Below are positions 50,240 through 62,600 of a DNA stretch of 64,000 nucleotides, one piece after another. This DNA is from Bugula neritina. Taxonomy: Eukaryota > Animalia > Bryozoa. The notes under the pieces are model-generated. The model ran no database searches and was not told the DNA's origin. It worked only from the letters and a program-made list of their open reading frames with translations. The stretch covers positions 9,293,150 to 9,357,149 of the forward strand of contig OZ037772.1 of assembly GCA_964035545.1 (NCBI GenBank). The letters run 5' to 3'. Both the position numbers and the translations under genes were made by a program. How positions within the stretch are numbered: the stretch's first letter is position 1; every line of letters starts with the position of its first letter.

Positions 50240-52094
50240 CTTGTTCAGTTTATGTTGGAAATATTTGATGCCTAAGAAATAAGTGTGATTAATTTTCATA
50301 CAAATAGCAAGGAGGTGGTTGCTAAACTGCTTGTCATAACAAAAATAACAGAGTGAAAAATAAAATACACATGTGGTGCGCTTTGCATTGTAAAGTGGAA
50401 AGTTGATCGAAAAACTTGAAAAAGATTAAATCTATAATAAATTTAGCTATTATACCTTTTAAGTATAGTTATAATGACAAGTTCTAATTGGTGGCAGAAG
50501 TAATAGCAGACAGCCACTATATGTAGTCTAGATAATAGTAGATATTTACAGAGTATAGAAAGGTTACCTGTTTAGTGCCTATAATATCTAGCAACCATAC
50601 TGTGTGACATCAACTGGTACAATGAAGAATATGTTTCATAGCTTATAGCAGCCATTGATTACCAATAATTATGTAAGAGAACAATATGAATTTTTACTTT
50701 AGACTCAGTCCCATTAAATACTATCTCAAAATGTTTATCACTCTATCAAACAATGAAACAAGTTCAAATAACAAAATCATTGTGTCTGGTGCTCAGACTA
50801 AAAGGGGAAGACCCAAATTTGTTATAGCTAAAACAATCATATATCATAATTGGATAAAGGTAATGAAATGTAAGAACATAGCATTGATGCATTGAATTGC
50901 AGCACAATGCAAAATATTGATTACGACTAAACAATATATTTAGATTCAATGTGTGTTCACCTGTATATGAATAACTGTAAATATATACAGCAGGTAATAG
51001 TAAACTAGGCTTAAACTGCACACATTTATTTATCCTTCAGCACATTGTGATATGAATATATCAATATTGAGAGCTTTTATTCGTTGAATTATCAAAAGAA
51101 TTGCTGGCCTTTGAAAATTCAGCGTCATTGTATACAAGATTATGACGTGTTAATTTATAAGATTAATCGAAATACTGTTTTTTACTTCTTCTGGCAAGTG
51201 ACTACCATAGTTTATTAATGAGAATAACTAGCTTGTTTGTATTCTTAAAGAGCAGCTATGATAATTGGTGGTTGGAACATGCAATAGCTTAGTAAACAAA
51301 AAGTCAGTTGGTTCAAATTCAAGTGAAATGTCTCTTTATTATGTTAAGGAGGGCATTCAGTTATAATTTCTAATTTGCTACAATAACAATAAAAACTAGT
51401 TAGTAGCCCAAATATTTTTATAGATACAGAATTTTTTGGCAAAATAAACAATAACTTAGCATATACAAAGGAAAAACATTATTATTTTCATTTTCTAAAA
51501 TACAATGCGGTAGAGGTACACCTTAATTTGCTTATAATTTTTCTAGATACTTTTATTTTTACTAAAATACAAAACAAAATAGTGATACACAAAACTGATC
51601 ATTATTTTATTAATGAAAATCAATTAGCCAGATAGATGAATGACAGATTACTCACAAAACGCGGAGTTAAAGGGTCACATGTGATGCAAGTTGTAAATAA
51701 ACTTATATGCCTATTATAGGCGCATGTTTCAAAACATAAAACTTAGGAAAGCAACAAAGGTAGGCCTACAATACATTCTATTTTTACAAAGCAAGTAAAT
51801 AATTAAAAAGAAAGCAAAAAATAAGTAAAATTGAAACAAAATGTTTACAACAAGCATTAATCATGAGATATAGATGACACATTTTCAACAGAAAAACTGT
51901 TTTATGAAAAATTCTATCAGGGTCATATATTGAGCAGATAACATGAAGTGTCATACATACCTATAGCATCAAAAGTAGTTGGAGAAGCAAGTGAAAGCTT
52001 GGAATAGCAACTTGAAAACCACAGTGTACAAATATGAAGCTACTAACGTAGGGAGTGCATATTGTCAGCTAGTCACTATTTTATTACTTCAGTT

Positions 52095-55000
52095 TCATGT
52101 TATTCTAAACAAACACAACTTGTTATCACTCCAACCAGGTACAGCCATTACTCCATCTCTGATACTTGGTACTCCTACAAACTCTGATGGTAGATTGTCA
52201 TGAGAGAGTGTTTGAAGTAACTCACCTGTAAAACATAAACATTGGTAACTAAATATTTGGATTTAAACATCACAATAAAAGTTTGAACCCCAATGAATGT
52301 ACATACATATGTGCTTTAGCTATAATAGTTGAATAATTTACATTAAAAGTAGCAAATTATGCTCCTGCAAACTAAAAAAACCTCTTTAGTGTATATTATA
52401 CTTTTTTACACTCATGCTATGTTTTCTCAAGGTGAACAACATTTTAATATCTGCAACAGCTATAAGCATGCGATGAAATTTTATAATTATACTTTAATTA
52501 TTAGCAGCACCTTGAGAAGAGACAACAAATATCTTCTTTGAGAATCTGGCTGCTACATAGATGAGTCCATCAGAATCTGTACAGAGACTGTATCCATCTT
52601 CAATATCATCACATGTCCAGAGTTCAACCAGCTGTCCATTCTCTATTCTATATTTCTGTAATTTACCATCCAAAACCCCTAACAAATTACTGTCTGGTCC
52701 AAACTGTAAAGCAAGCAGATTTATAAAACTGATGTTTTCTGTTTGTTGAGACATGAAATCATATATAATTATCTGCTTAGTATCTGGATTCTTCACCACA
52801 ACATATCTGTCAGAGACTGCCATTACTGCAACTATATTACTTGTTCTAGGAAACTGAAACAGTTCTTTTCTCTTTGTGATGTCATCAGTCAAACACATCT
52901 CTACCTGACATGTGCCAAGTGCTCTATGAAGGATGAATGCATTCTGATTATGTTTTACTACTGATGTAGCTAATTTCACATCCAAGCTGCATACACTAAG
53001 CATATCCCCATCTCTATGGAGGACATATAATCCACCATTTGTACCTACAAGTAGATCTCCATTCTGTCTATAGCAAGCAGACACACACTGACTAGTTGTC
53101 ACATGTTCAGATATGAATGTCAGTGATGATGGAACTGTCACCAAACTCACACCTAGCAGTGATGAAACTCTTTCATCTGTAATGAATAGATATTATTTAT
53201 TAGTCTAGTGCTGCTATTGGGTCCAAAGTTTTTACATTGCTTGAAAATACGGTCCTAATTTAAGAAAAATTATAAGCAAAAGAACTTATAACATATAACA
53301 CCATGCACCGCTGATTAAAATTAACTTATCTGACATTAGCATGTTATAACATTTATAATGTTAAAAAAATGGCCTGACCGCTATGCTATTGGCACCATGC
53401 AAAGATTTGCATCTGTAGTTCAGCTGATATTACCTAAAAACTTGTCAGCATAAAAAACTTTGATCAACAAGTAAATTTTATGAAAGAAGCTGTATATATT
53501 GAATTTATTACTTTTTTATGAGCTTGAAGTTTACTTGGTGCTGTTGCTAATATCTTTTACAAGTGAATTTTAAGAAGAAAGTCACTCAGTTTGATAATTT
53601 TGCATATCTTTGTAAGGCTTGGAGTGTAATTTATTTTAGGAGCAAAAATAAGTAATATAATATAAAGCTCACAAGCCTGACATAGAGCTTGGGGTTTACT
53701 GATTGCAGGTCCATCGAGTGCTACTTTACTCAGTTCTTCTGTAATTCTATGTTTCTGTTTCACTTTCTCAGTCACATGACTATTTTGGATCAAATGATTT
53801 AAGGTGTTTTGCACCTTCTGTAACTCATTTCTCTTCAACATTAGGTTGTTGTAACAAGCTTCCACCTCATTAGTTACTTTTCCCTTGTGACTTATGACCT
53901 TTTTCATAAGTTCTTGACTTTTCTCCTTAATTTTCTTTATCTGGTTGAAACAGACCAAGGTAAAGTAAGTTTAAAATTCCTTATTTAATATTTATTTTTT
54001 TTAAAGAAACATACTATTTTACTCAAAGTGTTTTTTTAATTTCTAAATTTTTATAACTGTTTATCAATATTTTGGCATAAACTTATTGTTTACAAAGACG
54101 CAGAAAATTAGCAGTTTAAAAATTGTCCATTTCTATATCTACATGAAAAGTAATTGCATTTAATTCAGCAGTTGTTTAGCCAAAATCTATTTTTTATTTA
54201 ATAAATCAAATATAGGCACATTATGGCTGCTATAATAAAAGAATAATTTTAAACTTACTCCTTCTTTGCGCAATTTTCATATCTTCTTCACAAGTTCTCC
54301 ACATGTCTGTTCCTGATCATCCAGTTCTCTCCAAATCTTCTTGTCTAGATCATACACTTTGTTTATCTTTTCTGTTGTAGTCTGAAGTTGAGTCTGTAGA
54401 TATGTATTTATCTCCTCTTGCAGAGAGGAAAGAGACTTGAAGTTGTGTTGATCTTCATCTATATAAAATAATAACATTTTAGTTGAAAAATCAGGATTTT
54501 ATTTGCAAGTTCTAATGCCCATTATTTTTCTAATAATACAACAGAAATAAACCTGTATGCTTTGCATTTTTAACTGTATGCTTTAGGTTATAACATAGCA
54601 TAATATTTTGACATGAATACACTATATAAGTGGTACGTTTTTCTGTTTGTTTTTCTATATATGGTAATATGAAAAACAACACTAACTCATATCTGTACAG
54701 TCAGTTCCATAAACATCACATTCAACACATATCAATCGGTCACATTTCATACAAGCTCTCACTAAGAGCTCTTTATGTTGTTCACACACTGGTTTAGTAT
54801 ACGTAGCTGGTGATTGCTTATAGACATCAATGTCTATTTCTCTATGAGATTTTTTGTAGAGAGTTTTGTGAAGCTGAAAAAGGCTGGTATGCTGAGATGT
54901 TTTCGGATTGACAGAATACCTATATAATACAATGTAGTTTATTATACTTATGGATGATTAGGTGAAAAATTGAGATGTAGATTGTCAAATCAAATAATGG

Positions 55001-56170
55001 AAAGATTATCTATCAACTTTCATTTTTCAATTGAAATGCTTGATATATAATGTCTTGGTTGTTTCATGGTTTGTGATACACCATCGAATGATTAAACTAT
55101 ATCGCAGAGAATTAGAAGATCAAATGGAAAAGTCAATTTTCTCATTCTTCTTAAACTTCACATGTGTATAACCTAGCTTTTTGAAGTTGATTTTTATCAA
55201 CTTTAGCAAAATATTATTAAGATAAGCAAACAGAAGTTATATAATGCAAACATTTCCTCATTAAGTTTTAAGTGTGTTTGCTCAACTTTTCGCTTGCAAG
55301 CCTAAAAGTTGAACAAACATGTGCATTAGTTATAAACTTATTGCTTTGATATCTTAATCTTAGCAAAAGGAGATACTTAAGAGGGTCATGCAAATCATAT
55401 AATGAACTCATTTTATCTCTGTGCGTAGAGGCATGCAATTAAGTTATCATTAAAACGATTTCCAAATCAAAATCTATATATGAAAAACATGCAGTGGAAG
55501 AAAAGCCAAACCCAAAAAATAAAAGTATATATAAGGTAGATATTTTACAAAATTGTTTTTACCTTTAGATGGTCAGCACAGAATTTATAGTCACATGTCA
55601 CACAGAAACATACAGCCAGTTGACCTTCACATTGATCAACTGTACAAAGCAGAGTCTCAGACTCTAGTCTACTTTCCTCTGTTTTACCTTTTTGTAATTC
55701 TTCGAGGTTCAGTGCTTCAAACAGTTGTCTGCAAGAGGATATATATAGTTAACTATCGAGTATCAGAAAATCTCGTTATATAATATGTTATAAATATAAA
55801 CATGCATGTATATGTTTTGCACTTTCTCCTTATTTTTAATGCTGGCAAATGGCATGAATTGCTGTTTTTAAAATATTAATAAATTTTATTTTACACAATT
55901 ATTCTTCACAGTATTCAGGCAACATAGATTGTTTGGCAATACAGTAAGTGTTGCAGGTTTATAGGTATTTGACTATTTAGACAAAAGGAACTTCTCACAC
56001 ACTCACCCACAAGTAGGGCAGGTTACAGAGCCATGTTGGTTGTAGTATCCTTCAATACAACTCAAACAGAATACATGCTGACAAGGCAGCTCTCTTGGAT
56101 CTATCATAGACTCTGTTCTGGATGCACAGAAACCACATTCATAGTCTGGGGGTAGGTTTTGGGCAGCCAT
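52095..56170 (-). pseudogene. TRIM-like gene F, probable pseudogene
   Basis: Exons 56170-56007, 55728-55563, 54873-54693, 54458-54259, 53940-53673, 53176-52511, 52225-52095. Exon-3 donor is AT instead of GT (54692) and there is an in-frame TGA at 54279-54277. Confidence 0.8.
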
Positions 56171-58285
56171 TTTGTTCAGTTTATGAATTGGAAAGATTCA
56201 AAGCCTATATGACATTTAAGTTTAATTACTTTTCATAACAGATGGCCAGTGGATGGTTGTATCTGTGCCTCAAGACCAAAACGAGTCTTGACAAGGTTTA
56301 TATGTGTTTGATTTGATATAACTTCATTAATAATTTATTTATACTTTGTTACCCTTTGTTAATCATATGTTAACCTTTTGTTAAACTGTAAAAAAATATA
56401 AGATGTATGCAACAGAACCATCACTAAAGTAACTTTAAAAAACGCATAAAAAATCTAACTATTGCAACATTTCAAAGTAATTATTATTATTATACTATAA
56501 AAAAGATGAGATTTACATTAGCAGTAAAATATAGCCTACATGACAATAATTAATTTACACAGACCTCCGTTCTCACGCTATGAGATGCAGATATAATCTA
56601 TATCATGCTTCAAACTGACTATATATAGGCTATTATATTCTTTTACAAATCAGTGTCAAAAAACTATGTGTTGATGACTGTAGTATTAACCTTTAACTGA
56701 TTTGCTTGTATAAGTAAGCAGCGTGATGCCATTATGTGATGCCATTACGTGATGCCATTACGTAAAGCTATAGGCACAAAAATGATGCAATGATGATGCA
56801 ACACACAAGTATGATATCACTGTCAACAGAAAATAAACAAGTATTTTACTATTGAGTTAGAAGATAATGAAAGCCAAAATATGGTAAAGGAGGTTAATAA
56901 TATGGTGAAATTTACTGTAATGAAAATTATAGTATTTTCTAAATGCTTTAAGTAGCCAGCAATCCACTACAATGGTTACTAAATTGCCTACCATAACCAA
57001 AACAACAGAATGAAAAAGAAAATGCTCACTTGGCGAGCCTTGCATTTTAAAGTTGAAACTTAATCAAAGAAAAAAACATGAAAAAGAGTATATCTATCAA
57101 ATTAGGTACCATGCCTTTAAAGTGTTTATGATAATTTACAGAGGTATTAGCTGACGTCTAGCTAAGTTGTCTAGATAATAAATAGTAAATATTACAAAGC
57201 ATAAATGAGTTATAATACCTGTTTAGTAGCTATATTATAGCAGCCACAGTGTGTGGTATCAACTGGTACATTGAGGAATATTATGTTTCGTAACTAGTAG
57301 CAATTGATTACCAATCATGTAATGAAATATTGTCATTGTAAACTCAGTTCCATTAAATGCTATCTCAAAATGTTTATGACTCTTTATGCAACTCACAGTA
57401 CAACAAGTATGGAAATAATCATGTTTGCATGGTGCTCATGCTAAAAGGGGAAGTCCCCAATTTGTTAGCTAGAACAATCACGTGAAATGAATAAAGTTAA
57501 TGAAATGTAAGAATATAGCATTGGTGTATTGAATTGTAGCACAATACAAAATATTGATTACAGCTAAACAATATATTTAGGTTTATTCTGTGTTCACCTG
57601 CATATAAATAACTTTAAATATACAGCAGGTAATAGTAAACTAGGCATAAGCTGTACACATTTATTTATCTTTTAGCACAATGCTATATTGTTATAATTTT
57701 CAGATTTAGGGTTGATATGCTGTCCAGAGAGTCTATTTATTTGCTATAGAACTGCACCAGGATAAGTCGAGTGAACGAGTATATTTTACACACAATTATA
57801 CATTATAAAAACGATACATTACATCCAGACAAGTTATACATCTAATCTATTTGACACTCTAGCTTCGACTGACTTAGCAGCGGGAAACTATAATTGCTGC
57901 TAACTATCCAATACGCTAATTGGCTATCCATTGTTCCGGGTCAATTACGCGACCCTACATGTTGTGCTGCTGGTAGTTCCACGAACCACCACACCGCCCC
58001 CACCAGCAGAAAGCCCTCTTTCTGATATATATAAAAAAAAACATTCATTAGTAACCGCATACATCAGTGGACAAAAATAATACATAATATACAGGAAGAG
58101 ACATAATAATAGGCAGAGTCATTATAACAATCCGTTACCTACAATTGACCAGCTATAGACGAGGAATACCGGCTAGCTGTGGTATTAGACAGGGAATAAC
58201 CTGTCAAGCAGTCAAGCATTTACACGAGGTCCTAGGTTTCCCCAAGAGAATGAAGTTGCGGATTATTCCGACAGCAGAACTAGAG

Positions 58286-59356
58286 TCATTGTTGGGCACG
58301 CCGGTGCTTGGCTTGGCATGTACGCAGTTTCGGTTTCATACGGCATACGGATCCCTTTAGCTGGAAGAGTCCTGTTGTAGTATTAAGTAGATCTGGTGCC
58401 AACTGGGTGAATTCTTCTTGTAATCGCAGGAGGCGTTCTTCTACTGTGGCCAGGCGGACTGGGTCTGGGGACGGTGTCCGTCTGCGGCGCAAGGGGGGAC
58501 TGGGGGACCTGGTTCGTCTCTTCGTCGGGGTAGGGGAGATCTCTCCTTCTTCTGGATATGTAAACTCCTCGGGGGTGTATGTAATCTGAGGGCGGTCAGA
58601 CACCAACGGGGATTGTTGGCGGGCGTTGTCTAATACACGTTGGAACCCCGAGGTCAGAACGGCCAACAGCATTGCCTTCTTCACCAGGGGTCGTATAAGT
58701 GTGAGGAACTCCGGGTATAGCTTAGCGTCGACCACGTAGTTTTCTCCAGGGAAACAGCCCGTCGCTCGATGTCTGGTGACGGGGTAGGGATAAACATCAT
58801 TGTACCCGCAGGGGCAGAATGTTAGTAGGAGATGAGCATTGACGTGTAGTTTCAGGGAGCGGTGGGAGGCGCATTCTTCACCACAAATCTGGCATCTCGT
58901 CCGTCCTCTGGACCCCCAGGCCGTTTCTATTTCTTCCTCTGTTTGTGGAGACACCCACCGCCAACGGCGGCGTAGTGGCTCAGGCCGGTCACCACTAGCA
59001 TACTCCTCCGGATGCGGAGCGGGAAGTGTTCTATCCCGTACCCTGGTTGTAGCGGGTCGAGTGTAATCTGAAAAAGTTTCAACAGTGTTAATACAGTACA
59101 CTGCCGTGTTGTCAGCTTGAATAGCTTGGCAACTCCTAATTCAGTTACCTCGTAGAGATTTGTGGTAGTGAATAGTCAGATAGAACACGTATTGCAATGA
59201 GATTATAAAAATCTCTAAGTCAAACTGAGTTCTTACTCGGTATTTCACTAACCTATCTCCAGCTCGATTGACTCAGTGAGTCGGAGCTGAGTGATGCAAT
59301 CTAGTTTCGTATTAAGATATAGTTAACTCACCCCACGATCTGTTGTCGTAAGACAT
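58286..59356 (-). CDS. Element 2 accessory ORF3: two-exon zinc-finger + RS/SP-basic + coiled-coil protein
   Basis: Exon 59356-59332 (MSYDNRSW-D, GTGAGT donor) joins in frame to TTTTTCAG|59067-58286. Motifs: CQIC-x12-HVNAH, CPCG...HRATGC, RRTRSPSPPLRRRRTPSP, C-terminal heptads. Confidence 0.8.
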
Positions 59357-59625
59357 ACTGAATGTGTGAAATGGTTTGAACTACTGCTTAGAAACACGTC
59401 TACTCCTGACTGCATCAGCGTATGAAAAGATCGAGCAACGTGGTTGGGGTGCGTGATTAAGACTTTGTGCACCCGGCGGATGAATTTTGTTTCTATTTCC
59501 GCCGATACAAAAGTTGATTTTTCCGTGGTGCTGACAACTCCCACATTTGCTCGATACTTTTCTCATACGGTTTTCCCCTAGACTTTCATACACGCCGCTT
59601 GTAACGCAGTCGCATATGAAGTCCT

Positions 59626-62600
59626 TCAAGTATGCGGGGGTTGCCTCGTACGCTGTCCCCTTTCTAGGGGGGGTGGCACGCTTGCCGGTTCGTTAGTAGG
59701 GGCCTCTAATGGCGTCTCTACTTCACCGTTAGCGGTCACCTCTTCTTGTTCTCCAGATGGAGCCCCTCCCTCTGTGGGGGTTTGCACTTCCGGAACCGGT
59801 TCGGTTTCTGGAAGTGATGGAATTAAACTTGGCGGTGGCGGACACGCTTCTGTTGACAAAAGCTGCCGCTCCTCTCTCACCAAGTTTTCTTCCCGCGGTA
59901 TGACCACTTCGTATTCAGGTCCATGCCGCCGTCGCCCGCGCGTTGTTGTCTGCCTCCTGGGCTCTAACAACGGGGGGGCTTCCCCCACTCCGTCGGGGCT
60001 AGCCCAATACGGTTTCAAGCGAGACTCATTCTGGATAGACACCTGTCCTGAGCGCTCAATCTTGTACGTATGATTTGGCATAGCCTCGACGACCACGTAG
60101 GGCCCTACGAACTTAGGCTTCAGTTTATCAGCCTGTCCGCGACGCCTACGGTAATTGACCATCCACACCTTATCTCCCATTTGATAGAGAGGTGGTTCAT
60201 CGGAATCTTCGTGCCGCACCTTCCACTGCTGTTGGCGCAGTATATCGTGTGCGGCCTTCATCCGTTCCACTAGTTCACTGGCATACTCGTGGACCGAGTT
60301 GTCTTGCTCTGGAACGTGATAGGTGAGATGGTCAGGGACACGAGTCTCTCTCCCGAGCATCAAGAGGTTTGGGGTCTCACCAGTACTGGTGTGTGGGGTG
60401 CTACGGTATGTACGCATGACTTGCGGCAACACCGTATCCCATTCCTCTTGACCTCGTCCAAGGAGGAGACTCCGGAGTGCATCACCTAGCATCCGGTTGT
60501 TGCGCTCCACCACCCCGTTACCTTGAGGGTGGTAGGGGGTGGTCCTGCTCTGATTTACTCCCCAGAGGTGGCAAAGGTCGCTCATCAGTTGAGACTGGAA
60601 TTGAGCGCCTTGATCAGAGTGTATCTGTTCGGGGAGCCCAAAATAACAGAATACATGTTGGTCTAGTGCCCTGGCCACTGTTGGGGCTGATGCATCTGGG
60701 ATAGCCAGAGCATCCGCCCACCTAGTAAAGTGGTCGGTTAGTACTAGGATCCAATTATTGCCTCTGGGGGTCAGGGGCATGGGTCCGACCAGGTCTACAG
60801 CGACTACTTGCCAGGGCCTACCAGCATATAGCCTCCGCCGTCCTGCTTCACCAGGGGGGCGGCTATGCTTACTGGCCTGGCAGATCTCACACTGTTTGAC
60901 TCTGAGCCGGACGTCACGCTCCATTTGTGGCCAATACCACCGGAGTCGTAATTTGGACATCACTCTCTTGACCCCTGCGTGGGCCTGTTTGTGAGTATCC
61001 CAAATCAACTCACGGCGGATGGCCGTGGGGCAGACTACCCTCTTCCTTTCCGGGTGTCTGCCGCTGGCAGCTAGAGAGATGGTTAGTAACCCATCCTGCC
61101 CGATCCGCAGCGAGTCCCAACGCTGACAGTATAGCCGGAACTCGGCGCATCCCTGTCGTATGCGTTCCTCGCTGGGTCGTCGCCCTTCCCTTTTGGCCCG
61201 GTATATGTCTGCCACGACTCCAGGCAGCTCTTCTTGGAGCTTCTTCAGCTCTCGAACATTACCGGCCAGTACAGGGTTGGCGCGGAGGTTTTGTACACCC
61301 TCCGGGGATTCATCAACTCCTTGCCTGAGTTGACCCTGGTCCCAGTCAAACGGTGCTCCGTGGTGAGCCAGCGTCTCCAACTCGCATCGCGGGGGACCTC
61401 CATCCCTCCTCTCGATGTTGAGACACTGTTTGCAACCTCCGTCAGGTCGACGACTCAACCCATCCGCATTGCTGTGTCTCTTGCCCGGTCGATGTTCGAT
61501 CCGGTATGAGAATTCAGCTAGGATTTCGAGCCACCGGGCGACCTGACTAGAGGGCTCTGCTCTCTTGCACAACCAGATCAGCGAGGCATGATCCGTACGC
61601 AGCCGGAACTTCCTGCCATATAGGTATGGTCTGAAGTGCTTCACTGACTTGATTACTGCCAGCAGCTCCTTGCGGGTAGTGCAGTAGTTTCGTTCAGTGG
61701 GTGAGAGAGACTTGCTGTAGTAGGCTACTACTACTTCTCGGCCTTCCTGCACTTGCGACAGCACAGCGCCAACATTTTGGTCACTGGCGTCGGTGTCGAG
61801 GATGTACTCCAGAGTGGGGTCTGGGTAGGCCAAGATGGGCGCCGTTAGTAGGCAGCCCTTGAGGCGGTCGAACGCTTCTTGTTCGACTGGGGTCCACTGC
61901 CACGTCACTCCCTTTGCGGTGAGCCGGTTTAACGGCTGTGCTATGCCCGCAAAGTCTGGTATGTATTGTCTGTAATACCCTACCAGCCCCAAGAAAGCCC
62001 GGAGTCCGGTCAAGTCTTGGGGGGTGACCCAGTCTTCTATTGCCCGTACCTTCTCGGGATCCGTTGCCACGCCGTTTCGACCGACAACGTGCCCCAGGTA
62101 CTTAACCTCTGGCTGCAATAGAGCGCACTTAGAAGGCTTGAGCTTAAGACCGGCACCTCGGAGTCTCTCAAAGACCTCCTGCAGACGACTGACATGTGTC
62201 TCGAAGTCTGGGGAGATCACGATGACATCATCGAGGTAGATCAGCAGTGTCTTCCAGTGGAGCCCGCTGAGGACTTGCTTCATCAGCCTCTGGAAGGTGG
62301 CTGGGGCGGAGGTCAACCCGAAAGGCAGCACCTTCCACTTCCACAACCCGTCCCGTGTGATAAACGCCGCTTTCTCTTGGGCGTCGGGACTCAGAGGAAC
62401 TTGCCAATAGCCGCTTAGCAAGTCTAACGTACTGAAGTACTTGCTGCCGGCTAGGGCATCCAATGACTCGTCAATACGAGGTAGAGGGTAGGCGTCCTGT
62501 ATGGTTACGCTATTGAGTTTGCGGTAATCCACACAGAACCGCCAACTGCCGTCTTTCTTCCGGACCAGTACGACTGGCGAGCTCCACGCACTATGGGCGG

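Noticed and set aside
57994-58129. Alternative longer 3' LTR for element 2 (to 58129, TGTTATAAT...ATTATAACA)
   Set aside because: No polypurine tract next to 58129, whereas a G-rich tract abuts 57993. It cannot be settled without the 5' LTR, which is outside the window.
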